A stretch of 47,040 bases of DNA from an uncultured Planctomycetota bacterium (GTDB lineage Bacteria; JAJVIF01; JAPKYR01; CAZSPL01), in NCBI GenBank assembly GCA_964608735.1, contig CAZSPL010000006.1, forward strand, positions 1 through 47,040, written 5' to 3'. The translations under genes and the position numbers were made by a program. Under the pieces are notes generated by a model. The model made no database searches. It saw nothing but the letters and a program-made list of their open reading frames with translations, and was not told the DNA's origin. Below are positions 1 to 9,023 of this stretch, in pieces (the first letter of the stretch is position 1; every line of letters starts with the position of its first letter).

Positions 1-42
1 GGGGTATATTTCGTGAATCTTAAGCATGATGCGTAGCCTTAA

Positions 43-309
43 TCACCTGATATAAAACGCCATATTCGTCATGATTTCGGTGGTGAACCCTACGATGATT
101 CGCCCCATCCATGGCCCCATGAACAGAAGCACCAGCGCGATGGCGACTATCTTCGGTATGAATATCAGCGTCTGTTCCTGTATCCCCGTTATCGCCTGGA
201 AAATCGACACCACCACGCCGGTCACCAGCGCCACGCCGAGCAGGGGAGTGGCGAGCATAAGCGCCACAACCAGTCCCCGCTGGCCGAGATCGAGATAGAT
301 ATCGCTCAT
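43..309 (-). CDS. fliQ: Flagellar / type III export apparatus protein FliQ
   Basis: 88-aa two-TM protein. The block PLLGVALVTGVVVSIFQAITGIQEQTLIFIPKIVAIAL aligns by eye along its length with enterobacterial FliQ ([33 protein letters not shown]). GGGAGG RBS (rc of 317-322) lies 7 nt before the ATG. Confidence 0.9.
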   Translation of the reverse strand: MSDIYLDLGQRGLVVALMLATPLLGVALVTGVVVSIFQAITGIQEQTLIFIPKIVAIALVLLFMGPWMGRIIVGFTTEIMTNMAFYIR

Positions 310-625
310 TTTTTAACCTCCCGCCGTATGAGGGGCGGATTCGGCTTTCGTCATCAGCCGTTATGCCTTATAATATACGCGGCTGATGGATAGGCACGAC
401 GGCGGAACCGGGGAAGTTGACCGTTCCGTTTCTTTGTCTCCGAATTCACATGGGGTCCCGTCGTACGGGCGCCATTGTCCCAAGCCAGAATATTATCCAG
501 CCGTGGATGGTTGGATTGTACAAGGATATGCGGCTCTCAGCCAAGGGTTCCTGACGATATGCTGGCGACGCTTTGCAGGTCGGATGGGTAATGGATTTAC
601 CAGCACTACCAGGAGGACTTTTCGC

Positions 626-2686
626 ATGTATCTACCCTCACATCGTGTCTTGATTCTCGCGATTATCTCCATTCTATTTTTGCTCCTTTCGGGATGTTCG
701 GGAAACGGCGGCTCTCCCGTAACACCGCCCGAACGGGACAATGACTCATCGGGATTCGGCGCCCTGTCGAACCTGCTTGTAGAGCCGAAAGATGATTCCG
801 GCGAATACTGGCAGGGGAGCGTCGATATCGACGGCCTCGCATGGGCGGCCGATATCGCCGCCGATGGCGACATCCATCGCGCCCTCGGAAAAGGCATCAA
901 GCTCGATGGCTCCATCGAGAGCTTCATCGATTCCCACCCCGACATCTTCCAGGTTTCATCGGACAACCTGTGGCTGATGTCGAACGAGAAGCATGACGGC
1001 ATACGCTACGTTATCTACCTGCAGGCGTATGACGGCATCCCCATACTCGACAGCCGCATCGACCTGCGCTTCGGACGCGGCGGCAGCCTCGTGATGCTCG
1101 GCGCCGATGTTTTCCCCGAGATTTACGCCGTCACCGATGTCCCGTCGACGATAATCGGCGAAGGTACCGCGCGTGGTATCGCCTCCTCGCGTCACGAGGG
1201 GGAGATATCAGAGATCGCGCTGTATATCAAGCCGCTCGACGGGCGGTTCATCCCGGTATGGCGCGTCTTCGCGGGAGACTGGCTGCTCCTCGTCTCCGCT
1301 ATCGACGGCAGCCTCGTCGATGAAACGGAACTAATCTGGGATTATGATTACACCGGCACGGTCGAGGGGGAAGTGAATAACTACGACCCATTCGACGCCA
1401 AATTCAGGGCTCCTCTCGAGGATAACCGCGTGCGATTTTTGCCCGGCAACTATGACTACTGGTGCGATGCCACCGGCGCGTATCACTATGCCACCGATAC
1501 GGTGAGCGATATACAGACGCAGGTGAGGATCCTCGGGAAATGGATCAACGTGAACAATTACGCCGGCGATGATGCCGACATCACCACCACGACCTATGCC
1601 GGTACCCCCGCGGAGTTCATGTTCGATTCGAGCAACACCTATCCCACCGAAGCGAATGTCTATTACTGGACAACTGCAACTCATAATTACATTAAAAATA
1701 TCGACCCCGATTACACGGGGAATGATTTCGTGGTCACCGGCAACGTAAACCGCTCCGCGTGGTGCAACGCCAACGCCTCGAATAACAGCATCAATTTCTA
1801 TCTCCCCGCCGACGGATGCCTCAACTTCGGCGAAATAGCCGATGTCATCATCCACGAGTACGGCCACGTGACCACATTCCACCACTACAATTCGAGCAGC
1901 ATCCCGCCGGGCGATATCCACGAGGGATTCAGCGACTATCTCGCCAACACCATAACCGACCAGTCCGTTATCGGCGTGAATTACATGGGTGTCGGCACGA
2001 ACATCCGCAACTCCGACAACACGTTATACTGGCCCGGTAACAACTGCGGCGGCGAAGTTCACTGCCTTGGCGAAATCCTCGCCGGCGCGTTGTGGGATAT
2101 GCGCGAACGCGTGGGCCGCGATGAATCCGACCACCTGTGGTGGTTCGCTAAGTACGGCAAGCCGACCACGTTCCCCGATATCGCCACCGAGATATGCATC
2201 GTCGATGACGACAACGACAACCTGTCCGACGGCACGCCGCATTACATGGATATTTACACCTCGTTCGAGCAGATTCACGGCATACCGGTGCCCGATGCTC
2301 CCGACTATGTGAGTATGAGCATCGATGTCATCCCCGATTCGGAGCCGATTACGATAAGCAAGGCGACCGGCGGGACATTCGGCTACCAGATACACGTCGT
2401 CAACAACCTTCCATTCGCGAAAGTGGTCGAGGGATGGGTCGCCGTACAGCGTCCGAACACCGCGTGGTACGGCCCCATGATGCCGCCGAGCCACTATATC
2501 GCGGTGCCCATCAACCTGAACATCGGCGCGAACGGCAACTTCTACTACCACCTGAACCAGGACATCCCCGGCGGACTTCCGGTTGGCGCGCATTTCGATT
2601 ATTACGTGCGCCTGGGAGATTATATCGATCTTACGAACGATGTGATCTACACCCAGGACATGCTGACATTCGAGATAGTCAATTAA
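626..2686 (+). CDS. Secreted lipoprotein zinc metalloprotease, thermolysin/fungalysin-like (clan MA gluzincin) with FTP-like propeptide
   Basis: I place the start at ATG 626, preceded by AGGAGGA at 611-617, not at the track start 386. The N-terminus MYLPSHRVLILAIISILFLLLSGC is a lipobox signal peptide. HEYGH is at 1853-1867, followed 19 residues later by HEGFSDY (third Zn ligand Glu, as in the M4/M36 motif E-x-F/W-SD). The propeptide-like block YVIYLQAYDGIPILDSRIDLRF resembles the FTP motif. Confidence 0.8.
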   Translation: MYLPSHRVLILAIISILFLLLSGCSGNGGSPVTPPERDNDSSGFGALSNLLVEPKDDSGEYWQGSVDIDGLAWAADIAADGDIHRALGKGIKLDGSIESFIDSHPDIFQVSSDNLWLMSNEKHDGIRYVIYLQAYDGIPILDSRIDLRFGRGGSLVMLGADVFPEIYAVTDVPSTIIGEGTARGIASSRHEGEISEIALYIKPLDGRFIPVWRVFAGDWLLLVSAIDGSLVDETELIWDYDYTGTVEGEVNNYDPFDAKFRAPLEDNRVRFLPGNYDYWCDATGAYHYATDTVSDIQTQVRILGKWINVNNYAGDDADITTTTYAGTPAEFMFDSSNTYPTEANVYYWTTATHNYIKNIDPDYTGNDFVVTGNVNRSAWCNANASNNSINFYLPADGCLNFGEIADVIIHEYGHVTTFHHYNSSSIPPGDIHEGFSDYLANTITDQSVIGVNYMGVGTNIRNSDNTLYWPGNNCGGEVHCLGEILAGALWDMRERVGRDESDHLWWFAKYGKPTTFPDIATEICIVDDDNDNLSDGTPHYMDIYTSFEQIHGIPVPDAPDYVSMSIDVIPDSEPITISKATGGTFGYQIHVVNNLPFAKVVEGWVAVQRPNTAWYGPMMPPSHYIAVPINLNIGANGNFYYHLNQDIPGGLPVGAHFDYYVRLGDYIDLTNDVIYTQDMLTFEIVN

Positions 2687-2700
2687 CTCGCAGTTATTTC

Positions 2701-2751
2701 CCGGGCCGGGTTTGGCAATTATCAATATGCCGGATCCCGGCCCGGCTTTTT
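2701..2751 (+). terminator. Rho-independent terminator after metalloprotease A
   Basis: CCGGGCCGGG (2701-2710) pairs perfectly with CCCGGCCCGG (2736-2745). There is an inner GGCA/TGCC extension, and the stem is followed by C+TTTTT (2747-2751). Confidence 0.6.
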
Positions 2752-2793
2752 AAGTACGACAGCAGGGGAAATTGATTTAAGAGGTTACCAGCC

Positions 2794-4833
2794 ATGAAGT
2801 TGAAGAATTTCATCGTCGCTTCACTACTCGTCCTGTTGATTTACGGGTGTTCGGGCTCCGCTCCCGGTACCTTGCCGCTGCTTCCCGATGAACAGCCCGC
2901 GCGCGAATCGTTCGGCTCGCTCGCGGAGATGGTCATCAGCGAGCCGTACCGTGATAACTGCTGGTCGGGGAATCTCGAAATTGACGGCCACTACTGGATG
3001 GCCGATTACACTGCAGACGGCGCGCTGAGGTGGGCAGCGGGAAAGGGAATCCCCGTGGATGACCCGCTCGCATTCATCGACGCGCATCCCGGCATATTCA
3101 AGGTCGGAAGCGGTTCGCTTCACGAGATGTGCGACGAATACCACGCGGGCACGCGCTACGCCATCTACCGCCAGGTGGTGGACGGCATCGAGCTCATCGA
3201 CACACGCATCGACCTGCGAATCAAATTCGGCAACATCATCCTGCTCGGCGTCGATGTGGCCGGAAACCTCGAGAGCCTTCCCCCGGCATCCATTTCCCGC
3301 CGCGATGCATCGGCCATAGCCGCGTCGTATCATCCCGGCGACCCGCTTCACGCGTGCCGGCTTTTCGCGAAGGAATACACATTCGGCTATCATCCGTTCT
3401 GGCGCGTATACATCGGCGATTACTACATGGAAATAAGCGCCGTCGACGGGAACATCATCGAAGACCGAAGTTTCCTCTGGGAATATGAATACGACGGCGA
3501 AGTTTCCGGCTATGTCAGCGAGGTCAACCCCCTCGAACCGTTCCCGATGAAGGGGATTTTCGACCTCGATGTTTTATTCCACGAGGAATCGGCACTCGCG
3601 ACGACCGACCTCGACGGCTTGTATTATTCGTCATCCGCGGGGTATTCCGAGCAGAACACAACCGCGGCACCGAAAGGCCCGTGGGCGGAAATCAACCGCT
3701 ACGATTACACGACGGCGCAGATAGACATGGTCACATACGACGGCATCACCGCCGAGTTCACATTCGACAATGACAACTCCAAGCACGCCGAGCGCAACGT
3801 TTTCTATTGGACCAACGTCGGCCACAACTACGCGAAGAATATCGAACCCGAATTCACCGCGCTCGACCGCGTGGTTGTTTCATCGGTGGAGCGTAACGCG
3901 TGGTGCAACGCGATGGCCGGGTGGGGCGAGATGTTCTACTACAAGGCCAAGTCGCCATGCCTCAACCTCGCGCATATCCCCGATGTCATCCTCCACGAAT
4001 ACGGCCACGAGTACCAGTTCTTCCACTACTGGCTTGTGGATGAGGCGGAGAGCCCCGACGACATCCACGAAGGCTTCGCCGACTACTATGCCGCCACGGT
4101 CACCGACAGCCCGATAATTGGCACAAACTGGCAGGGCCCCGGCACGCATATCAGGAATTGCGACAACACGCTCTGGTGGCCCGACAACAACTGCGGCGGC
4201 GAATGCCACTGCCTCGGACAGATTCTCGCCGGCGCGATGTGGGATGTCCGCGAGCGTCTCGGGCGCGAATACACCGACCACATATGGCATTTCTCGAAGT
4301 ACGGCATCCCGATGACATTCCCCGAAGTTGCGATGGAGCTGTGCGTCGCCGATGACGACGACGGCGATTTGTCCAACGGCACGCCGAATTTCACCGACAT
4401 ATATATTTCATTCGAGAAGATTCACGGGATACCGATGCCCGACGCGCCGCTGTATGACGATTTGGAACTGAGCGTGGTACCCGATGTCGAGAACCCGGCC
4501 ATAAGCCGCGCGACAGGCGGAAGCATCGGCTATACGATACACATCGAGAATGTGCTCGGCGAGGTCGCGAATGTCGACGTGTGGGCCGCGGTGCTTCGTC
4601 CGAACGGCATGTGGTACGGGCCGATGGTGCCGCCGAGTCATTATATCGGTGTGCCGCCGAACCTGAATTTCGCGCCCTACGTGCAGTTCCAGTATCATTT
4701 GGTGCAGAACATCCCCGCCGGACTCCCGCTCGGGGCGGTGTTCGACTACCACGTGCGCCTCGGCGACTACATCGATTTCGTGGAAGACCAGATCATCGCC
4801 GACGATTATTTCAGCTTTGAGATAGTGGAATGA
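2794..4833 (+). CDS. Secreted lipoprotein zinc metalloprotease, paralog of 626..2686
   Basis: Signal peptide MKLKNFIVASLLVLLIYGC with a lipobox. HEYGH at 3994-4008, then HEGFADY. Collinear with the upstream paralog over the whole length, including the shared blocks NAWCNA, NCGGE-HCLG-ILAGA-WD-RE and DD-D-LS-GTP. Confidence 0.85.
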   Translation: MKLKNFIVASLLVLLIYGCSGSAPGTLPLLPDEQPARESFGSLAEMVISEPYRDNCWSGNLEIDGHYWMADYTADGALRWAAGKGIPVDDPLAFIDAHPGIFKVGSGSLHEMCDEYHAGTRYAIYRQVVDGIELIDTRIDLRIKFGNIILLGVDVAGNLESLPPASISRRDASAIAASYHPGDPLHACRLFAKEYTFGYHPFWRVYIGDYYMEISAVDGNIIEDRSFLWEYEYDGEVSGYVSEVNPLEPFPMKGIFDLDVLFHEESALATTDLDGLYYSSSAGYSEQNTTAAPKGPWAEINRYDYTTAQIDMVTYDGITAEFTFDNDNSKHAERNVFYWTNVGHNYAKNIEPEFTALDRVVVSSVERNAWCNAMAGWGEMFYYKAKSPCLNLAHIPDVILHEYGHEYQFFHYWLVDEAESPDDIHEGFADYYAATVTDSPIIGTNWQGPGTHIRNCDNTLWWPDNNCGGECHCLGQILAGAMWDVRERLGREYTDHIWHFSKYGIPMTFPEVAMELCVADDDDGDLSNGTPNFTDIYISFEKIHGIPMPDAPLYDDLELSVVPDVENPAISRATGGSIGYTIHIENVLGEVANVDVWAAVLRPNGMWYGPMVPPSHYIGVPPNLNFAPYVQFQYHLVQNIPAGLPLGAVFDYHVRLGDYIDFVEDQIIADDYFSFEIVE

Positions 4834-4857
4834 GATAAGGTTGATATGAATGCGAGA

Positions 4858-4887
4858 AGCCCGCGATTTTATCGCGGGCTGTGTTTT
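4858..4887 (+). terminator. Rho-independent terminator between convergent genes
   Basis: AGCCCGCGAT (4858-4867) pairs with ATCGCGGGCT (4871-4880), followed by GTGTTTT. Confidence 0.6.
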
Positions 4888-4898
4888 ATATTCAGTTT

Positions 4899-5252
4899 TT
4901 AGGAGCTATGCGGATAAACCGTATACTTGCCGTCGGGAAATTGGAACTGGCCCACGTAAGAGATATACATATTAGTGCGATTGAACCGATGGAAGATCAA
5001 GATATATTGCTTATTGTCTACGATAAAGAATACGACGTATGATTGCCAGAGTTCATGGATTTTGCATGAGCCGATATAATTGCCCTCTGGAATCAGAAAC
5101 TCGATCTCATCGGCTTCGTATAACCAGTCCGGCTTGCTCGCCATTCCTTCGAAAAACGGCAGGAGGTCGTTGTGAATTCTGGTGATGACCTCTCTCACCG
5201 CTGTCGGCAGCTTGTCAAGCCATGCCTTCAGTTTGGGAGGTAGGAATATCAT
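4899..5252 (-). CDS. Hypothetical protein (117 aa), AT-rich islet
   Basis: I place the start at ATG 5252, which has an AAGGAG RBS (rc of 5259-5264) 6 nt upstream, rather than at the track start 5318. No family recognised. Confidence 0.5.
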   Translation of the reverse strand: MIFLPPKLKAWLDKLPTAVREVITRIHNDLLPFFEGMASKPDWLYEADEIEFLIPEGNYIGSCKIHELWQSYVVFFIVDNKQYILIFHRFNRTNMYISYVGQFQFPDGKYTVYPHSS

Positions 5253-5989
5253 AATGGTCTCCTTAACACCTGAAATGATAGCAACATGGCGATAGATCGA
5301 GAAAACCAGAAATAACAATAAGGATTACTTGAAGGTTCATTCTCTTCTCCTTAGACCGAAATTATTCGAGTTTACTACCCATGGCTTAGCCTCCCGGATC
5401 GGATTTCAGACCGGCTGCAAAAGCGGAATACAACGGTTGCCTCTTTTAATTGACACGCTTTTCCATTTATGAACTGAACGACTCCCGAGATGAAAAGGAC
5501 GCGGTTACCATGAATCAACCAACGCTTGACACAGCACGCGCGGAAAGGGACAAAACCTCTGATCCCTCGGACCAGGGACGCCTGCGGCAGATGGCATCCA
5601 CTACGCTCGACGCTCTTGAACAGGATAAACGCCATTCCGGTCAAACCTGTTTTCAAGGTTCGTCTGATCATCAGAGCCCTCTCCCGTCTGGTAGCTCATG
5701 AAAAAGCCGAGAGCTCTTCCCCCATGAGATTCGTCATTCTGATCCGCCTGAGCCGATGCGGTATTATATCGGAATGACTTAAAAAGAACCATGCAAAATT
5801 TACGTCAAAAAACTTATCGCATGTTTGAATATCTCATGGATTTCTTGAAAATCAAGGGGCGCCATCGCTCCAATAATTTTTTTAATGATGATAAAGATTT
5901 ATTAAGTTGAAGCGTATCCCCGGAACCCCTGATCCAAGGCGGTTTCAAACAACAGGTATAGCGATTTAAAGCGGGAAAAATCTTGAAAA

Positions 5990-6349
5990 TTATTCCAGTT
6001 TCACTGCGTTCTCCATGGCGTCTTTCCGAAGGGCCGGATACGTTTTTGCAACCGCAATCACGTACTGCCGGAAGAGCTTGCCATCATCAGTCGCCATGAC
6101 GCCGTCCTCCGCGAGAAATACTCGTATCACGCCTGAGACAAAGTCTTGAAAACTTATGCCCCAGGTCTTCAGCTTGGCCTTCAGCAAATCATCCACCTCT
6201 GCCGGGAGCCGGAAGGTTTTTGGTTTCATCTGTTTTTTCACGCCTTCCGCTTCCTTTATCTTCTCCCTCATCAGCCTGTGGGCATCCAAGTCTTTCGCCT
6301 TGGATTCTGTCGGTGCCTTACGTTCCGTTTTCATTTTACGCTTAGGCAT
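5990..6349 (-). CDS. Putative ribbon-helix-helix (CopG/Arc-like) DNA-binding protein with a basic N-terminal tail
   Basis: GGAGGA RBS (rc of 6355-6360) 5 nt before the ATG. Lys-rich N-terminus, then KTFRLPAEVDDLLKAKLKTWGISFQDFVSGVI, a beta-strand/helix/helix pattern typical of RHH folds. This is pattern level only. Confidence 0.5.
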   Translation of the reverse strand: MPKRKMKTERKAPTESKAKDLDAHRLMREKIKEAEGVKKQMKPKTFRLPAEVDDLLKAKLKTWGISFQDFVSGVIRVFLAEDGVMATDDGKLFRQYVIAVAKTYPALRKDAMENAVKLE

Positions 6350-6580
6350 TGTCTTCCTCCTTCTGCGTTTCCCTATAATTAGAGTCCGGACTCGACTCCT
6401 TGGTTTGAATCAAATCAGTCAAATTTTACACTATATTTTTCAGTCTTCAAGCCCCCCGTGTAAAAAGCGTGTCATGCGACTGCAAAACCTTGTTACTTTT
6501 ATTGTTTCATGGCTGTTTTAGTCACTTGGACGGGCTTCTCCCCAAGCAGGTTGCAGTCCCCCCCCTCTTAAAATATTCCC

Positions 6581-6609
6581 TTGTTAATCACCCCCCGCTG
6601 TTTTAAAAT
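6581..6609 (+). promoter_or_regulatory. Candidate sigma70-type promoter for the tryptophanase-like gene
   Basis: TTGTTA (6581-6586), 17-nt spacer containing a C6 tract (6591-6596), then TAAAAT (6604-6609), about 40 nt upstream of ATG 6648. Confidence 0.35.
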
Positions 6610-6647
6610 AGCCACCCAGGGCCGAATTTTCGACATGGAGTTGTTCA

Positions 6648-8027
6648 ATGCCTGAGCCTGAAATGAAGTTCGAGCCTTTCCGTATCAAGATGGCGGAGCC
6701 TATCAGGATCACTACCCGGGCGCAACGTAAAAAGGCCCTCGAAAAAGCCCACCTCAACATTTTTTTCGTGAGAGCCGAAGACATCATGGTCGACCTCCTG
6801 ACCGACTCCGGCACCGGCGCGATGACCGACCGCCAGTGGGCGGCGCTTATGCTCGGTGACGAATCCTACGCCGGTTCGCGCTCGTTCTACCGGCTCGAGG
6901 AAACCGTCCAGCGCTTGTTCGGATTCCCATACATCCTCCCCGTACACCAGGGACGCGGCGGCGAGCATATATTCATGAAAATCCTCGCCAAGCCCGGCGA
7001 CATCATCCCCGGCAATCACCACTTCGACACTACTACCGCCCATATCGACAATCGCGGCGCAAAGGGAGTAAACCTCGTCGTCGAGGAAGCATGGGACCTC
7101 GATGACCTCAGCCCGTTCAAGGGGAACATCGATGTCGAAAAGCTCGAAGCCCTCATGAAAAAAGAGCACAAGCGCATCCCGTTCGTGCTGATGACCCTCA
7201 CATGCAACTCCGTCGGCGGGCAGCCGGTGTCGTTCGACAACCTCAAAGCCGCGCGCGTGATATGCGACAAATATAAAAAGCAGCTCTATATCGACGGTGC
7301 GCGCTTCGCCGAGAACGCATATTTCATCAAAACGCGCGACAGTAAATACGCCGACATGCCGATCAAGAAGATCGTGAAGCAGCAGATGTCCTACTTCGAC
7401 GGCGGCACGTTCAGCCTGAAGAAGGACGGCACCGTGAATATCGGCGGCATGCTGACATTCCGTAACGAGGACCATTACCGGCAGGCATGCGCCCTCTCGA
7501 CCATTTACGAGGGGTTCCCGACATACGGCGGCCTCGCCGGGCGCGATATGGAGGCGCTCGCCCAGGGACTCGAAGATGTCCTCAGCGTTGCATATCTCGC
7601 CTACCGAACGGGACAGGTGCGGCGTTTCGGCGAGATGATGATCGAGCGCGGAATCCCCGTGCTGAAGCCTATCGGTGGGCATGCGGTTTACATCGACGCG
7701 GGGAAAATCCTTCCCCACATTAAGCCGGACGACCTTCCCGGCGTCGCATTCACCAATGAACTCTACATCGAGGGTGGAGTACGCGCGGTTGAGATCGGCA
7801 CCTGCATGGCCGGGCGCAATCCGAAGACCGGCAAGAACAACAAATGCCGCGCGGAACTCATCAGGTATGCCGTACCCCGGCGCGTTTATACCGACAATCA
7901 TCTCGAATGGGCCGCCGAATCCTCCGCGCGCGTCATGAAACGCGCAAGCAAGGTGAAGGGCCTGAAATTCACCTATGAACCACCCGCGCTACGCCACTTC
8001 CTCTCGCGCTACGAAATAATTCCGTAG
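6648..8027 (+). CDS. tnaA: Tryptophanase / tyrosine phenol-lyase (PLP-dependent beta-eliminating lyase)
   Basis: Full-length by-eye alignment to TnaA/TPL: EPFRIK, DLLTDSGTGAM, GDESYAGS-SFY-LE-TV--LFGF, HQGRG-E, the PLP-lysine block FSLKKDGTVNIGG, YEGFPTYGGLAGRDMEA, GGHAVYIDA and PRRVYT. Indole versus phenol specificity cannot be decided by eye. Confidence 0.9.
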   Translation: MPEPEMKFEPFRIKMAEPIRITTRAQRKKALEKAHLNIFFVRAEDIMVDLLTDSGTGAMTDRQWAALMLGDESYAGSRSFYRLEETVQRLFGFPYILPVHQGRGGEHIFMKILAKPGDIIPGNHHFDTTTAHIDNRGAKGVNLVVEEAWDLDDLSPFKGNIDVEKLEALMKKEHKRIPFVLMTLTCNSVGGQPVSFDNLKAARVICDKYKKQLYIDGARFAENAYFIKTRDSKYADMPIKKIVKQQMSYFDGGTFSLKKDGTVNIGGMLTFRNEDHYRQACALSTIYEGFPTYGGLAGRDMEALAQGLEDVLSVAYLAYRTGQVRRFGEMMIERGIPVLKPIGGHAVYIDAGKILPHIKPDDLPGVAFTNELYIEGGVRAVEIGTCMAGRNPKTGKNNKCRAELIRYAVPRRVYTDNHLEWAAESSARVMKRASKVKGLKFTYEPPALRHFLSRYEIIP

Positions 8028-8164
8028 ACGAGCGGCTTGCCCCAAAATATGGTGCCACGGGCACGCGAGCCATCTGCTGCCACGGGCATGCGAGCCTGTG
8101 GGTCGAAGTTCTTACGAAGACCCATCTTCGAGCTTGCCCGTGTCTTACATCCTGCCCGTATCAA

Positions 8165-8968
8165 TCATGAAAAATAAATCAATGTGAAAATCCCCGCCGG
8201 AATTAAATAGAGCGAGAATATCCAGAGCCGATGCTTCAACACCGCGCCCTTAAGCAAATATATCGCGAGCAGCGCCGTGAAAAACGCCGCCACCGACCCG
8301 AGCCCCAGCCCGACGGGACTTCCGAGATGCGCGAATACATCGGGGCTCGAGACGATGTCGAATATCCACGCGAGGATTATCGTCGGTATCGAGAGCAGGA
8401 ACGAGAAGCGGAATGCCGAGGGGGATGCAAGCCCTATCAGCAGCGCGGCGCATATCGTCATGCCCGAGCGCGATATCCCCGGCGTGATGGCGATACCCTG
8501 GGCGATGCCTATCAGCAGCGCGTGCCACCATCTCAGGCCGCTTTCGGACATCGCGCCTTCCTTCCTGAACGAAACCACCGCGAGGACGATGGCGGTGAAA
8601 ATGAACGCATAGGCGATGAGTTCAGGATGTCCGAAGAACCGATCGAACAATTTCTTGAAGATGAAATATACGACCGACGTGGAGAATATCCCGAGGATTA
8701 TCATCGCGATGAGATTGACGGCGCCTCGCCGCGCGACGGCCGATGCCGGGGCGAAGATGTCGCGGAATACGGCCGCGATGTCGCGCCGGAAATAGACCAG
8801 CACCGCGATTACGGTCGCGAGATGGAGGAATATGTCGAGGCTGACATGGTTTGCTTCGTCCAGATGCAGCAGCGACTGCGCGACTTCGAGATGCCCCGTG
8901 GAGCTTACGGGAAGGAATTCTGTGAATCCCTGCACTATGCCGAGTATGATGCCGTCGAGAATATTCAT
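8165..8968 (-). CDS. uppP: Undecaprenyl-diphosphate phosphatase
   Basis: N-terminal signature GIVQGFTEFLPVSSTGHL and later GISRSG, in a polytopic membrane protein. I prefer the start at ATG 8968 (GGAGA 4 nt upstream). The track start 8992 would add 8 residues. Confidence 0.9.
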   Translation of the reverse strand: MNILDGIILGIVQGFTEFLPVSSTGHLEVAQSLLHLDEANHVSLDIFLHLATVIAVLVYFRRDIAAVFRDIFAPASAVARRGAVNLIAMIILGIFSTSVVYFIFKKLFDRFFGHPELIAYAFIFTAIVLAVVSFRKEGAMSESGLRWWHALLIGIAQGIAITPGISRSGMTICAALLIGLASPSAFRFSFLLSIPTIILAWIFDIVSSPDVFAHLGSPVGLGLGSVAAFFTALLAIYLLKGAVLKHRLWIFSLYLIPAGIFTLIYFS

Positions 8969-9023
8969 GCCGTCTCCAGACCAATCTATCATTTTATCAC
9001 AGCCTTGCCCCGGGCATGCGCTC

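Noticed and set aside
1-27. Possible 5' end of fliR on the minus strand (ATG at 27, AAGG upstream, 15 nt after the fliQ stop)
   Set aside because: Only 9 codons fall inside the window, which is too short to support a call.
386-625. Upstream extension of metalloprotease A (track start 386). The same applies to extended starts at 28292, 40710, 32589, 34813, 5318, 26065 and 19434.
   Set aside because: The extensions lack an RBS and are not signal-peptide-like. In each case an internal ATG/GTG with a Shine-Dalgarno motif begins a canonical signal peptide, or lies downstream of the predicted promoter.
5375-5792. Overlapping short ORFs on both strands in the AT-rich islet (98, 83, 83 and 63 aa)
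   Set aside because: They have no RBS, they overlap one another, and their translations are incoherent. At most they are fragments of a decayed gene, so I mention them only under the islet finding.
6635-6655. TnaC-like leader peptide (ATG GAG TTG TTC AAT GCC TGA) overlapping the tnaA-like start
   Set aside because: It has only 6 codons and no Trp codon. Its GGAG is better explained as the RBS of the main gene.
6645-7901. 418-aa minus-strand ORF antisense to the tryptophanase-like gene. Similar long antisense ORFs occur at 9470..10834 (454 aa), 8231..9055, 29377..30435 (352 aa), 14679..15569, 13776..14609, 36512..37237 and 38881..39546.
   Set aside because: These are typical shadow ORFs of GC-rich DNA. 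They have Arg/Gly/Ala/His-rich low-complexity translations and no RBS, and each fully overlaps a gene with a strong family signature on the other strand.
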